Positions 33,915-48,299 of a DNA stretch of 64,000 nt are shown here, in pieces. The notes under the pieces were generated by a model, which saw nothing but the letters and a program-made list of their open reading frames with translations, did not search any database and was not told where the DNA came from. The stretch is from the human T2T-CHM13v2.0 reference genome, Homo sapiens. The number at the start of each line of letters is the position of its first letter. Position 1 is the stretch's first letter. The translations under genes and the position numbers were made by a program. The stretch lies in assembly GCF_009914755.1 (NCBI RefSeq), contig NC_060943.1; one strand, 5' to 3'.

Positions 33915-34059
33915 CTGGGGGCCAAGGGGCAGGGGTGCAGTTAGGAGGTCACCGTGCCCCTGGTGGGCACTGACCGGCAGGGGAGCCATAGCTCAGCCCC
34001 TACCCCTGGCTCATGACGCCAGGATGAGCTGCCGGGATCCACAGCCTGACCCCACACCT

Positions 34060-34800
34060 GCCCAGCAACCACGTGGCCGGCAGCAGTCCCCCGGCCACCA
34101 CAGTCTCCTACCACAACCACCATGGCAACCACACTCTGCTCCCCAGAACGCCATGGCAACCGCATTCCATTACCCACAGTGCTGTGCCAACCACTTTCTA
34201 CCACCCACAACACCGTGGCAACCACATTCTGTTAACCACCGTGCTGAGACAGCCACTTTCCATTACCCACAGCAGAACGGCCAGGGGTCCTGTTAACCAC
34301 AGCAACGTGGCAACCACACTCTCCCAGCCACAATGCCATGGCAACCACCTTCCACAACGGGGTCCCCACACTTCGGTTTCATGCAACTGAAGTCCATTCC
34401 ACTTGGTGCCCCAGCAACAAAACTGTTACTCACATCACAGCACTGTGCAGCGCCAGGCTTAGTCATTCCACAGCCCCGCTGCAGAGACACCCGCAGCCGC
34501 TACCTGCAGCCACGACCCATGGCGCCCGCCCCCTGCAACCACGGCCCCGGTGCCATCACAACTACATTCCATTATACTGAGTTGCCATGACAACCATATT
34601 TCACTACCCATGATGCCACGACAACCACAATTCATGACCTACTGTGCTGAGGCAACCAGAGTCTATATTGCCCACAAGCCCACCATGGGAAACCACATTC
34701 TGTTAACCACAACTCTATGGCGAGCTCATCCTGCTACCGGTGCCCAGGTGGTGGTGTCCGTCACTCACACCACACAGCCCACTACCTGCCATGCCTTGGC
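34060..34800 (+). repeat. Degenerate 31-bp tandem repeat with CCATGGCAACC core (resumes ~36040-36100 after an Alu cluster)
   Basis: Cores at 34089, 34120, 34151, 34182, 34213, 34244, 34305, 34336, 34553, 34585, 34616 and 34647, then 36045 and 36076. Confidence 0.8.
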
Positions 34801-35650
34801 CCCTGTCTCTTGCTACTCCTTTTGTCTTGTTTTGGTTTTTGAAACAAGGTCTCACTCTGTTGCCCAGGCTGCAGCATAGTGGCACCATCACAGTGCACTC
34901 TGCAGCCTTGACCTCCCAGGCTCCAGCGATCCTCCCACCTCAGCCTCCCGAGTAGCTGGGACTAATGGGGTGCGAAACTATGCCCAGCCTTTTTTTTTTT
35001 TTTTTTTTTTTGAGACGGAGTCTTGCTCTGACACCCAGGGTGGAGTGCAGTGGTGCAATCTTGGCTCATGGCAACCTCTGAGCCCCGGGTTCAAGCGATT
35101 CTCCTGCCTCAGCCTCCGGAGTAGCTGGAACTACAGGCACGCACCACCACACCCAGCTAAATTTTGTATTTTTATAGAGATGGGGTTTCACCATGTTGGC
35201 CAGGATGGTCTTGATCTCTTGACCTCATGATCTGCTCGCCCCAGCCTCCCAAAGTGCTGGGATTACAGATGTGAGCCACATCACCCAGCCTGGCCTATTT
35301 TTTTTTTAATAGATGGGCTCTCATTATGTTGCCCTGGCTAGTCAAAAACTCCCAGATTCAAGGGGCTGGGTGCTGCGGTGGCTCACGCCTGTAATCCCAG
35401 CACTTTGGGAGGTCAAGGCAGGCAGATCACCTGAGGTCAGGAGTTTGAGACCAGCCTGGCCAACATGGTGAAACCCCCGTCTCTACTAAAAATATTAAAA
35501 ATTAGCCAGGCATGGTGGCGGGTGCCTGTAATCCTAGCTACTCGGGAGGCTGAAGCACAAGAATCACTTGAACCCAGGAGGCGGAGGTTGCAGTGAGCCA
35601 AGATCATGCCAATGCACTCCAGCCTGGGTGACAGAGGGAGACTCTGTCTC

Positions 35651-35682
<32 letters not shown>

Positions 35683-35911
35683 CCTTCTGGGCTCAAGCGA
35701 GCCTCCCACTTCAGCCTCCCGAGTAGCTGGGGCTAATGGGGTGCAACACCATGCCCAGCTAACTTTTTTTATATATAGATGGGATCTCACTATGTTGCCC
35801 AGGCTGGTCTCAAACTCCTGGGCTCAAGGGAGCCTCCGGCCTCAGCCTCCTGAGTTGCTGGGATTACAGGTGCACAACAACACACCTGGATAATTTTTAA
35901 ATTTTTTGTAG

Positions 35912-36112
<201 letters not shown>

Positions 36113-36297
36113 TGATCCGACCCAATTCCCACAATCCTCAGCAGTTGCATCAGCCTCGCTAGCTCTGGTTATCCACAGTATCCCCTACATGCTCCGGGTC
36201 CCCTCGGTCCTCACCGCCTTGCCTCCCTCCCTCCAGGTCTGCACTCCTGAATGTCCTCTGCACCCGGCCCCCAGAAACCTCAGGTGGGGAGCATCAC

Positions 36298-36417
36298 CTG
36301 ATCGCCCACAGTCCGCACAGGAGATGAGGTCCTCGGGACACCCCGTCTTCTTGGAGCCCCCCAGGCAGAAGTCACAGTAGCCGTTGGGGATGACAGTGCC
36401 GTCGGGCGCCTTCTTGG
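36298..36417 (-). CDS. DPF1: DPF1 exon 9: [40 protein letters not shown] (PHD1)
   Basis: ttgcag acceptor and GTGATG donor; YCDFCLG...[12 protein letters not shown] motif. Confidence 0.96.
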
Positions 36418-36510
36418 CTGCAAGACAGCAGACAGGCATTGGCACGGGGCAGGCAAGGGCACCCCGCAAAGGTGGCTGCAGACTTTAGGAGCAGAAGGAG
36501 GCATCCGTAC

Positions 36511-36561
36511 CTGTGTGTTTCCTTTGTGCCTCAGGGACCCAGGCCAATTCTTTGTAAAACT
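36511..36561 (-). CDS. DPF1: DPF1 exon 8 (51 nt): (Q/K)FYKELAWVPEAQRKHT
   Basis: ccccag acceptor and GTACGG donor; phase 1-1; matches the DPF1 protein as I recall it. Confidence 0.9.
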
Positions 36562-37446
36562 CTGGGGTAGGGGGGACAGAGAGAGGGACTCTCACCACAG
36601 GCAAGGCTCCACCCTGCCCCCAGCCTCAGCCCCAAGGATGGACCTCTTAGTCCAGGCGTGGGGAGCTGGGAAGAGTGAGTAGCTACCCCAAGCTGTGGGG
36701 AGAGGTGAAAACAGTTCTCATCGGGACTCCCAACTCTGCCTTTTTAAATTTTTTTTTCAATTAAAAATAAAGGCAGGGTCTTGGTATGTTGCCCAGGCTG
36801 GTCTCCAACTCCTGGCCTCCAGTGATCCTCCCACCTCGGCCACTGCCACAAAGTGGCGGGATTATAAGCGTGAGCCACTGCACCCAGCCAGGATTCCCAA
36901 CTCCTTGAGACAACTGACATGTCCTCTTTATTGGGTCAAAACTTGGTAGACAGCTTGAGGAAGGGCTCCCTGCCTCCCTTCTCACATACATGTCTCCCAG
37001 CCAGCCACTCCCAACTGCACCCTCAGTAATTTGTATCTAACAAATTCAGCGAGTACCCCAGCCAAGATCTGGTATGGAAACAGACACTCGGAAGAAAAAC
37101 TCCGAACACTGAGGTGCGTGGGTGTGTAGTGGCCAGGGGTGAAGACACTCAGCCTCTGCCTCTGAGAGATAGGTGGGAAGACAGTGTCTCCCTACTGCCT
37201 CTCCCAAACCCTCCTCCCCTCCCCCATCCTTCAGCTGTCAGAACTGGCATGGGATTGGCAAGGGCGGAAGCCAAGGGCTCCCAGGCCACAGACCCTGCCC
37301 CTTGACCAAAGCTTAGCAGAGAAAGGAGAAAGGGAAGGCAGGGCGGGAGGGGAGCCATCTATCACCCCCCCTCCCCAAGCTCTAATTGAAACAATAAATC
37401 AGACCCAGAAATATTACGCCCGGCCAGGAGCGAAGGAGCGATGGTT

Positions 37447-37462
37447 GGTTGCCATGGCAACC
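37447..37462. promoter_or_regulatory. Perfect RFX X-box palindrome GGTTGCCATGGCAACC in DPF1 intron 7
   Basis: 16-bp perfect palindrome containing the canonical GTTGCCATGGCAAC. Confidence 0.75.
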
Positions 37463-37617
37463 CCGGAGCCAGCATCCCCATGGTCGGTGGGGGGAGGGAA
37501 CGGCTGAGCTGGAGATTTTCCAGAAATGTCTAATGCCCCCCCACCCCCACCCCCAGCTGGGCTCCTCTTCCCCACTCCCAGGGCCCCTGGCCACCCCCAC
37601 CTGGCCTGCCAGCTCAC

Positions 37618-37749
37618 GTTTATGGTTGTTTTTCCGGTGGAAGGGCAGGGCGTGGCGTTCGGCGTTCTCCTCCCCCTCCTCCTCGGCCAGGTGGGTGTGG
37701 GTGTAGTGGTAGCTGAGCCCCGGCCGGTTCTTATACCGTTTCCCACAGA
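37618..37749 (-). CDS. DPF1: DPF1 exon 7 (cassette): [44 protein letters not shown], most of the C2H2 zinc finger
   Basis: ccccag acceptor and GTGAGC donor; 132 nt, phase 1-1; completes the finger begun in exon 6. Confidence 0.93.
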
Positions 37750-37955
37750 CTGGGGAGCGAGCGAGCCAGGAGGGCCTGTCAGCCCCTCCGGGCCCCTGCC
37801 GCCTCCACCCTGGCCTCCAGGATCACACCTCCCCCCTCAGCCAGAGACCTGAGCAGCCTCCCAACCCGGGTCTGGAACGGGAGGGAGAGGGCCACGAGGT
37901 GGGGAGTCTCTGGGCACCCCTCTCTCTGCCTTTCCCCCTCTTCAGAAGGACTCAC

Positions 37956-38034
37956 TATCACAGACATACGGCTTGTCTCGGTCCTCCAGGGAAGCGGTGT
38001 CCTGGCGTTTCCGGAGACCCCCGATGCCATATGC
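37956..38034 (-). CDS. DPF1: DPF1 exon 6: [26 protein letters not shown]
   Basis: ccacag acceptor and GTGAGT donor; [11 protein letters not shown] motif of d4 proteins. Confidence 0.95.
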
Positions 38035-38098
38035 CTGTGGGGAGAGTCAGGAGTGAGGGGCCAAGAAAGTGAGAAAACAGGCCAGGCGTGGTGGCTCA

Positions 38099-38539
<441 letters not shown>

Positions 38540-38730
38540 TTAATACAGATGAGCCTCAGTTTCCTCATCTGTAAAATGGGTATAAAATCCCCCACCCCTG
38601 CAGGCCGCTCTGGGGATTCAATGAGGTCAGACTGAGGTCAGACTGTGGCAGGGGCGGACCACTGCACCTGCTCCATGAATGAGACCTGTCATTGAGGGGA
38701 GCGGGGAAGAGGAGAAGCTTGGGGTGATAC

Positions 38731-38820
38731 CTTTCCTTTGGCCCTGTTCTTCCTCCTGGGAATGTCATCCTCCAAGTCTTCCACCTCGAGGTCATGCGGA
38801 AACTCCAGCAACTGCTGTTT
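38731..38820 (-). CDS. DPF1: DPF1 exon 5: [30 protein letters not shown]
   Basis: gcccag acceptor and GTATCA donor; 90 nt, phase 0-0. Confidence 0.93.
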
Positions 38821-39088
38821 CTGGGCAATAGAGAAAGGAGACGGGTCAAGAAAGTGGGGGCCACTGACCTGCTTTTGAGGGGCTCTGGGCAAAGGTGGAG
38901 ATTGGGGGTGAGAGTATAAGTCAGGAGTTCTTCCAAATAGAGATGAAGTCTGGGAGGATGGTGACTGGGATGCCCAACAGCCAGAAGAAACCGGGGGGGT
39001 TTCAGAGCAGGAACGTGAGGGCCCGGGCTGGTGGCAGGCAGGGGTGAGACGAAGCCATGCAGCGGGGGTCCCCCAGAGGTGGGCCCAC

Positions 39089-39216
39089 CTGACAGTCCAT
39101 AATGGTCTCCTCCTCCTTCAGCTCAATCTTCTTCTCCCCCGTCTCTGCACACAGTAGAGCCTCGAGGACCGGCCCTTCCGGGAGGCCACCCTCCTTCTTC
39201 AGGGGTGCTTCACAGT
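39089..39216 (-). CDS. DPF1: DPF1 exon 4: [43 protein letters not shown]
   Basis: ccccag acceptor and GTGGGC donor; in frame. Confidence 0.94.
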
Positions 39217-40325
39217 CTGGGGACAGGGCCATGGGGGGGTCAGATGGGGAAGTTGACCCCGGAGGACTCCTCAAACTATGCAGGTGGGGGGACCATGCTC
39301 TTTGCAGGAGGGAAGAGGCTGCAGAGGCAAGGATTTAACCACATGCCCTAGGAGGGAGGCCCAGACTCTGGGGAGACCCAGTCACGCCCTCAGATGCCCT
39401 GGGATGCACAGCAGGAGACACGGTCAGAACTTTGGATACACCAGAAAGCCTCAGAAAAAGACACAGTTAGGCCATCAGGCACACCCAGACCTACTCAGGG
39501 AAGACACAGCGACTCTCAAACATACCCAGACAAATATGGACAGATCCAGACACTCGCAGAGGAGACACAGGGACACCCGCAGGGGACATCCAGACAGATC
39601 GTCTGAGACAGATGCGGGAAGGAAGAGGCCCAGCCATGCTGTCTTTTTTCTTTTTTTTTTGAGACAGGGTCTCGCTCTGTCACCCAGGTTGGAGTGCAGT
39701 GGCGCAATCTCAGCTCACTGCGACTCCCAGGCTCAAGTGATCCTCCCACCTCAGCCTCCTGAGTAGCTGGGACTACAGGCAGAGTAGCTGGCATGCTACC
39801 ACACTGGGCTAATTTTTGTATTTTTGGTAGAGATGGGGTTTCATCGTGTTAATCAGGCTGGTCTCAAACTCCTGAGTTCAAGCGATCCTCTGCCTCGGCC
39901 TTCCAAAGTGCTGGAATTACAGGCATAAGCCACACTCTCAGATACAGCCTAGAGACTCAAAGAGGTATAGCCAGATCCTTGGAGACACCCAGACACAGGG
40001 AGGAGACATAGCTGGACCCATGGGTACACTCAGAAATGCTCAGAGACAATTAGCTGGCCAGGCGCGTTGGCTCACACCTGTAATCCCAACACTTTAGGAG
40101 GCTGAGGCGGGTGGATCACTTGAGGTCAGGAGTTTGAGACCAGCCTGGCCAACATGGTAAAACCTCATCTCTACTTAAAAAAAAAAAAATACAAAAATTA
40201 GCCGGGTGTAGGGGCACACGCCTGTAATCCCAGCTACTCAGGAGGTTGAGGCAGAGAATCACTTGAACCCGGGATGCGGAGGTTGCAGTGAGCCGAGATC
40301 GTGCCACTGCACTCCAAACTGGGTG

Positions 40326-40497
40326 AAAAAAAAAAAGAAAGGAAGAAGGAAGGAAGGAGGGAAAGAAAAGAAAAAGAAAGAGAGAGAAAGAAAGAAAGAA
40401 GGAAGGAAAGAAAGAAAGAAAGGAAGGAAGGAAAGAAAAGAAAAAGAGAGAGAGAGAAAGAAAGAGAAAGAAAGAAAGAAAGAGAAAGAAAGAAAGA
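40326..40497 (+). repeat. (GAAA/GGAA)n purine-rich compound repeat (expanded Alu tail)
   Basis: Visible between two Alus. Confidence 0.88.
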
Positions 40498-41310
40498 GGC
40501 CGGGTGCGGTGGCTCACGCCTGTAATCCCAGCACTTTGGGAGGCCGAGGCGGGCAGATCATGAGGTCAGGAGATCGAGACCATCCTGGCTAACACGGTGA
40601 AACCCCGTCTCTACTAAAAATACAAAAAATTAGCTGGGCGTAGTGGCAGGCGCCTGTAGTCCCAGCTACTCGGGAGGCTGAGGCAGGAGAATGGCGTGAA
40701 CCCAGGAGGCGGAGCTTGCAGTGAGATCGCGCCACTGCACTCCAGCCTGGGCGACAGAGCAAGACTCCGTCTCAAAAAAAAAAAAGAAAAAGAAAAAGAA
40801 AAAAGAAAAAAAGAAAGAAACAATTAGCCCTCCAGATACACCTAGACCCTGGGGAAGACACAGCCAGATGAGATGCTTGGACACATAGCGGGGAGATACC
40901 GACATACTCAGGGAGAATCACTCAGCTAGATACACACAAACACACACAGGAGACAGACAGGAAGAGACACAGCCAGGTGGGCACTGCCACGCTCCTGGGT
41001 ACACACAGACCCTCGGACTCAGGAAGAGAAACTGACCCCGAGGATCCCGATATTCCTAAACACATTCAAGGGTAAGTCCAGATCCTCTGATGGACTGGCA
41101 CACACGTGCAGAAATACACCTGATACGCCAGACACCATCAGGAAGATTCTCCCAGACACTCCGAGGCACCCACACACCCACAGAAAGAGACGGCCGCACC
41201 GCCTAACACACCCAGACACACTCGGGAGGAGCCGGACACCCTGACAGACCAGACATACACAAGACACAAGCCTTCTAAGACACTTGGAGACACCTGGGAA
41301 GATACACCTA

Positions 41311-41944
<634 letters not shown>

Positions 41945-42261
41945 TTAAAAAACAACAGGCCAGGCGCGGTGGCTCACACCTGTAATCCCAGCACTTTGGG
42001 AGGCCGAGGTGGCCAGATCACCTGAGGTCAGGAGTTCCAGACCAGCCTGACCAACATGGTGAAACCCCGTTTCTACTAAAAATACAAAATCAGCCGGGCA
42101 TGGTGGCGCATGCCTGTAATCCCAGCTACTCGGAAGGCTGAGGCAGAATCGCTTGAACCTGCTAGGCGGAAGTTGCGGGTTCAAGGTTCAACTCCCCGCT
42201 AGGTGGAGGTTGGGGGATCACGCCATTGCACGCCAGCCTGGGTGAAACTCTGTCTCAAAAA

Positions 42262-42296
<35 letters not shown>

Positions 42297-42518
42297 CAAC
42301 AACTGGGCACCTGGGCCCATGTAGGAGGAGATGCAGTCGCCACTCAGTGACTCAGAGAAACTGTGGAATCTCTGGGAAACACCCGGGACGCACATGGGCA
42401 GACAGACACACAGCCAGCCAGGCAGACACTTGCTAGAAGGCGATAAAGGTGATGGACGAGTGCTAGGACACACAGCAGGCGCTGGGACACCGATGGGGGC
42501 CCCAGCGGCTGCACCCAC

Positions 42519-42626
42519 CGATCTTGTACTCGCAGGGCCTGAGTCTGGGGTCCTCCAGGATGTTGAGTCTCCGTTTCTTCCTCCAACAGCGGGCGGGGTA
42601 CGTGTAAATCTGTCCCGGGGCCAAAC
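42519..42626 (-). CDS. DPF1: DPF1 exon 3: [36 protein letters not shown] (end of Requiem domain; NLS-like RKKRR)
   Basis: ctccag acceptor and GTGGGT donor; 108 nt. Confidence 0.96.
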
Positions 42627-42709
42627 CTGGAGAGAGAGGGGGGTGAGAGGGCGGCGGCGGTGGGGCGGCCTGGCCCCGCCCCGCCCTGCGCCAGCCCTCC
42701 CGGCGGTAC

Positions 42710-42870
42710 CCGGCCCGCGGTGGGTCTTCTCCATCCAGATGTAGCAGTTGTTCTGGGCCACGCCGGTCTGCGAGTCGAGGAAGGGCAGTCGCAGGCTGCG
42801 CTCGGCGCACAGGCGCGCGTTGTAACTGCGGCAGTGCTCGATGGCCTCGCGGTAGAAGTCCTCGCCTAGG
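42710..42870 (-). CDS. DPF1: DPF1 exon 2: [53 protein letters not shown] (Requiem domain)
   Basis: cctctag acceptor and GTACCG donor; strongly conserved with DPF2 and DPF3. Confidence 0.97.
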
Positions 42871-43099
42871 CTAGAGGGGCGGCGAACGGGCGGGCGGCTG
42901 TCAGCAAGGGCAGGCGCACAGGGTCGCCCAGCACCCCTTCCCCGGCTGCCGGGCCGCCCAGGCTCGGGAGGGGTGGGCCGACCCCTCCAGCCTCACCTCT
43001 CCCCTCCTCCCACTCCGGGACCCAGGCTGGGGGAAGGGGACAGGGCCCAGGGGCCCCCAAACTGGGACTCAAACAGGCCCCCAGCTCATGAGTAGAAAC

Positions 43100-43930
43100 A
43101 CGATACAGAAACAAACAAAAACACACCGGGACGTATCCCTACCTGAACACATGCAGACACACAACACAAATCACACACAGTCACACGGGATTCACACACA
43201 AAGAGAGACAAATCCCAATACTCACAAAGGAGAAACAGACAAACCTCACACACGTGCACACATAAATATCTACTGAAAAAGACAAATATCCCAAGTTCCA
43301 TAGTGTGGAGACAAATCACACAAATAACCATGCACAAAGACACATCACATATCCACAGACACACACCAGAAACACATCACCCACACAAAGACACACAACA
43401 TGGAAACATCACACCACACACACATACACCCCCTCATGCATCCAAAGACACAAGCATGTCAAAAGACAGGAACTACAGAAACCACTTGCGCCCCTAGGCA
43501 CTTACCCATGTATCCAAAGACACAACACAAACCACACACACAATATCCAGACACACAACACAAAGAAATCACACAGATTCACACAGGTACACACACACAT
43601 TTACAAAGATGCACGATGCGCAACCAGTATCTAAAATATCACACATCCACACAGACACACACACATATAAAACACAGAAACAGCCAAATCCACCCATAGT
43701 CACACAAAAATTTACACACAAATACACGCAGCCCTACATACCCAAAAACACAGAACACAAGACAAATGACATATAGTTCCAAAGGACACGGACACACACT
43801 GGGAGACCCAAATATCCAAAGATATCTAGTGCAGAATAAAAGGAAACAGACACATGTCCACACACCTATCCCCCAAAAATTCTTAAAAAAACCAGAACAC
43901 AAATAAGTGATACACACACACACTCCACAT
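43100..43930 (+). repeat. AC-rich low-complexity tract (UG-rich in DPF1 pre-mRNA)
   Basis: Degenerate (CA)n/ACAC sequence through most of the intron between exons 1B and 2. Confidence 0.8.
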
Positions 43931-44139
43931 CCCAAGACAAAGGTAGTGTGGACTTCACTCCAGTTGCCAAGGCCCCCGCACCCCCGGGTCATTTCAGTCT
44001 CTCCCAGACCCGAGGGTTGCAGGGAAGGGATGATGTCTCCCTTCCCCAAAAAGAATCTGGAGGCCCCCCACGCCCTCCACCCCGCCAGGGAGCGGTGCAT
44101 CCGACACCATTCTTGTCAGAGACCCACAGTCACACACTC

Positions 44140-44600
44140 TCGCACCCCCGCGCAGCCCCGCACTCGGTGACAGCCCCCCAGACACCCCTTCGGCCCCACC
44201 CCCGGTCGCCACACACACACAGGCCCGCGTAGACCCGCCCGCGCTTCCTCTCCGCCTCCCGCCGGCCCGCACCACCTCAGGGGGCCAGGGATGACAGTGG
44301 CCATCTTGCTCCCCGGGTCCTGCCCCCAGCAGGTCCCCGCCGGGTCGGTCCTCCCAGCGGTCGGGCGGGCGCTGAGGCCGCCCATCCATTCATTCCCGGG
44401 GGGCGGGAGCACGAGGGCCACGGCCAATCGCGGCGACGGGGCGGGCCCGCCCGGGCCATGCTGGGAGTGGTAGTCCCAGGCCAGGGGGCCCCCGGGACCC
44501 CGCGGGGACGGGACGGCGCGGAGGAGGGGCCCGGGGCACGCACCGTCACTCACCCGCCCTCACTCGTCCACATATCCTGCTCTCGCGTGCACACAACCAC
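44140..44600. promoter_or_regulatory. DPF1: CpG island / proximal DPF1 promoter (CCAAT 44424-44428, GC boxes, ZNF143/THAP11-type ACTACCACTCCCAGCATG on - at 44457-44474)
   Basis: CpG-dense region around exon 1B with recognisable motifs. Confidence 0.82.
44276..44385 (-). CDS. DPF1: DPF1 proximal first coding exon (1B): MGGLSARPTAGRTDPAGTCWGQDPGSK-MATVIPGPL(S); ATGs at 44385 and 44304
   Basis: AAGATGG (strong Kozak) at 44304, in-frame upstream ATG at 44385, AG|GTGGT donor, phase 2 matching exon 2. Confidence 0.92.
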
Positions 44601-45299
44601 ATGCACACCTGGACTCGCACACGCCCACGCATGGCAGTTTACACACACATTCACGCGGATACTCACAGCCTCCCACACACTCCTACTCACACACCTTCGC
44701 ACGGACTCACACAGCCACACGCACACACACTGCAATACTAAGAGACGCAGAGACACCTCCCAGGTGCCCACACAGACTTCTCACCAACATGCTTCCAGCA
44801 GACACCCCCTCACCGCCCCCCACCCAAGTCCCTCCTGGCTCCAGAGACCCCACCCGGGGCTGTCTCTCCCAGCAGCCACGCTCACGGTCACCCCGCCCTG
44901 CTCAACGCCTTCTGCAGGCCTGACAGCAGCAGTGCAGGTTAGAAACAGTAGTCACACCTCCAGGGTTCAAATCCTAGCTCTGCCACTTGGTGGCCATGTG
45001 ACCTTGGCAAATGACTTAACCTTTCTGGGCCTCAGTTTCCTCATCTGTAAAAAGAGGATGATGCCTCACTGGAGTGTTGTGAGGATTAAATGAGTAAATA
45101 TAGGTAAAGCATTTTAAGAGGTGACTGGCAGGCCAGGCGCAGTGGCTCACACCTGTAATCCCGGCACTTTGGGAGGCCCAGGCAGGTGGATCACCTGAGG
45201 ATGGGAGTTCGAGACCAGCCTGGCCAACATGGTAGTAGTCTCTACTAAAAATACAAAATTAGCCGGGCATGGTGGCGCATGCTTATACTCCCCCACTCA

Positions 45300-45729
<430 letters not shown>

Positions 45730-46548
45730 CTAAAAGCAAACAAACAAACAAACAAACAAACAAAAAACTAAGTAAGCAGGGCGCCGTGACTCATGCCTGT
45801 AATCCCAGCAATCTGGGAGGCTGAGATGAGAGGACCGCTTGAGCTCAGGAGAACAGCCTGGGCAACATAGCGAGACCTGGTCTCTACTAAAAAAAAAATA
45901 AATAGCTGGGCATGGTGGCACATGCCTATGGTCCCAGCTACTCAGGAGGCTGAGTCAGGAGGATTGGTTGAACCCAGGAGATCGAAGCTGCAGTGAGCTA
46001 TGATCACACCACTACACTCCAGCCTGGACAACTGAGCAAGACCCTGTCTCCAAAAAAAAAAAAAAAAATAGATGCTCAGTAGATATTTGTTGAATGAGTA
46101 AATGCACCCATCATGTGCTGGGCACAGTTCACCCCGGGATGCTTTTATTATCTGCATTTTCCAGGTGAGGAATCTGAGGCACAGGAAGGTAACCTCACAT
46201 GCCCGCATGCCCTGGCGGCTCTTTGAAGGTAAGACTGAAGGAAGGAGGCAGGCACCCCTGACGGCCCTCCCCAAGTAGTCCTGACCTCCTTCTCTCTCCC
46301 ACTGTCACCCACACTGACTCCACCCGAAGAGATCCCCAGGGAGTGAGCAGACCCACTGAGTCACAAACTGACCCAGTCTCTCTGCAACACCACCACCCCG
46401 TCCCCCCTCCCGTCTCACCCCTCCTCCCCCTTTCCCCTTCCCACCCCTTCTCCCCCTTTCCCCTTCCCCTCTTCCACCCGGACCCCTGTAGAGCCAGCAT
46501 TCAAATTTGGGCGGCTGCTGTAATTAACACGCCCACAAACGCCCTCAT

Positions 46549-46562
46549 CCACCAGGGGGCGC
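46549..46562 (+). promoter_or_regulatory. CTCF core motif CCACCAGGGGGCGC
   Basis: Exact match to the CTCF consensus core, in unique sequence between the two DPF1 promoters. Confidence 0.7.
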
Positions 46563-46662
46563 CCCAGCCGACAGAAGTGGCCCGCTAGCCTTCACCATTT
46601 TTGTCACTTGAAATCCCCCCAAGAGAGAGATCCAGTCAAGGCCTCCTACACTCACGGTCACT

Positions 46663-46667
<5 letters not shown>

Positions 46668-46701
<34 letters not shown>
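46668..46701 (+). repeat. (CA)n microsatellite
   Basis: About 17 CA units. Confidence 0.95.
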
Positions 46702-46703
<2 letters not shown>

Positions 46704-47071
46704 CTCTAGTCTTAGACCCTTTCCACAAACTCGCCCATCTAAGCCAGGTAAGGTCTTGGCCGGCCCCTCTCCTGGAACAGGAGGTAGGTCTCTGATTCAC
46801 ATATGGCCTGGAGTGGTGACAAGGGGATTAAGTGAGGGGCACTGACACCCCTACGATCACTCTGGCCTCCAGGGCCCTATAGTGGCCACCTCACACCTTA
46901 CCCACGGTGAGCTGTGACCCCACCTTCCTCTCTCACCTCCCATTAGCTCACAGGTCCCGTAACACACCCTCTTACACTTGATTCCCACACCGCTAGCCTC
47001 AGACACGCAGACTCACTCCTGCCCCACCCCAAACTCTCATGTCGATTTGATTAAGAGAAGCCCGAGTGTAG

Positions 47072-47736
<665 letters not shown>

Positions 47737-48299
47737 TAGAAATCAATTTCATAAATCAATATTGATACTACTAATAATAATCACTACATTTGGTCAGTGT
47801 CAGTCTCTGTGCTAACTGCTTTACAAAGATGGCCTTAGCCCCACGACAGTCCCATCGGGTGGTAAGGGCTGTTAGAAGCCCCCATACACAGATGGCAAAA
47901 CTGAGGCTCACGGCAGGGAACATTCGTGGCTCAAGCTGGTTTTGGAACTCAGGCAGTCGGAACTTCCGAGGGCGGCACCCTGCAGCTCCTTCTCCCCAGG
48001 GGATTTGACTCACATTCTTTCAGGAGCCAGGGAGTCCCCACCTTCACCCCCACAGAGACCTTTTGGAAGGGAAGGGCACAGAGGGGTAGGGCCCTCCCAG
48101 TCCAGGCTTACTGTAGCTGGGCCCCTGCTCACGGCTGTAGCACACCTCCTCCCAGGGGTCTGGGCCAGGGTCAGGGTGAGGGGCCCCATCGCCTGTAGAT
48201 CCACCAACCTGCACAAGAGCCCCGTTCCCAGCCATTTTGCGGATGTCCCCTCACAGGAGAGACAGCTGTCTGTGTGTGCCACTTAGGGTGAGAGGGCAG

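Larger units (their letters stand above)
42450..43000. promoter_or_regulatory. CpG-rich island over DPF1 exons 2-3
   Basis: Dense CpG, including the 83-nt GC-rich intron 2. Confidence 0.65.

Noticed and set aside
34060-34800. CRISPR-like repeat/spacer appearance of the 31-bp array
   Set aside because: Eukaryotic intron, degenerate repeats, spacers related to one another, and no cas genes.
36418-36510. In-frame retention of the 93-nt DPF1 intron 8
   Set aside because: Contains an in-frame TAA eight codons in.
37393-37398. AATAAA in DPF1 intron 7
   Set aside because: On the + strand, antisense to DPF1 and far beyond the SIPA1L3 poly(A) site.
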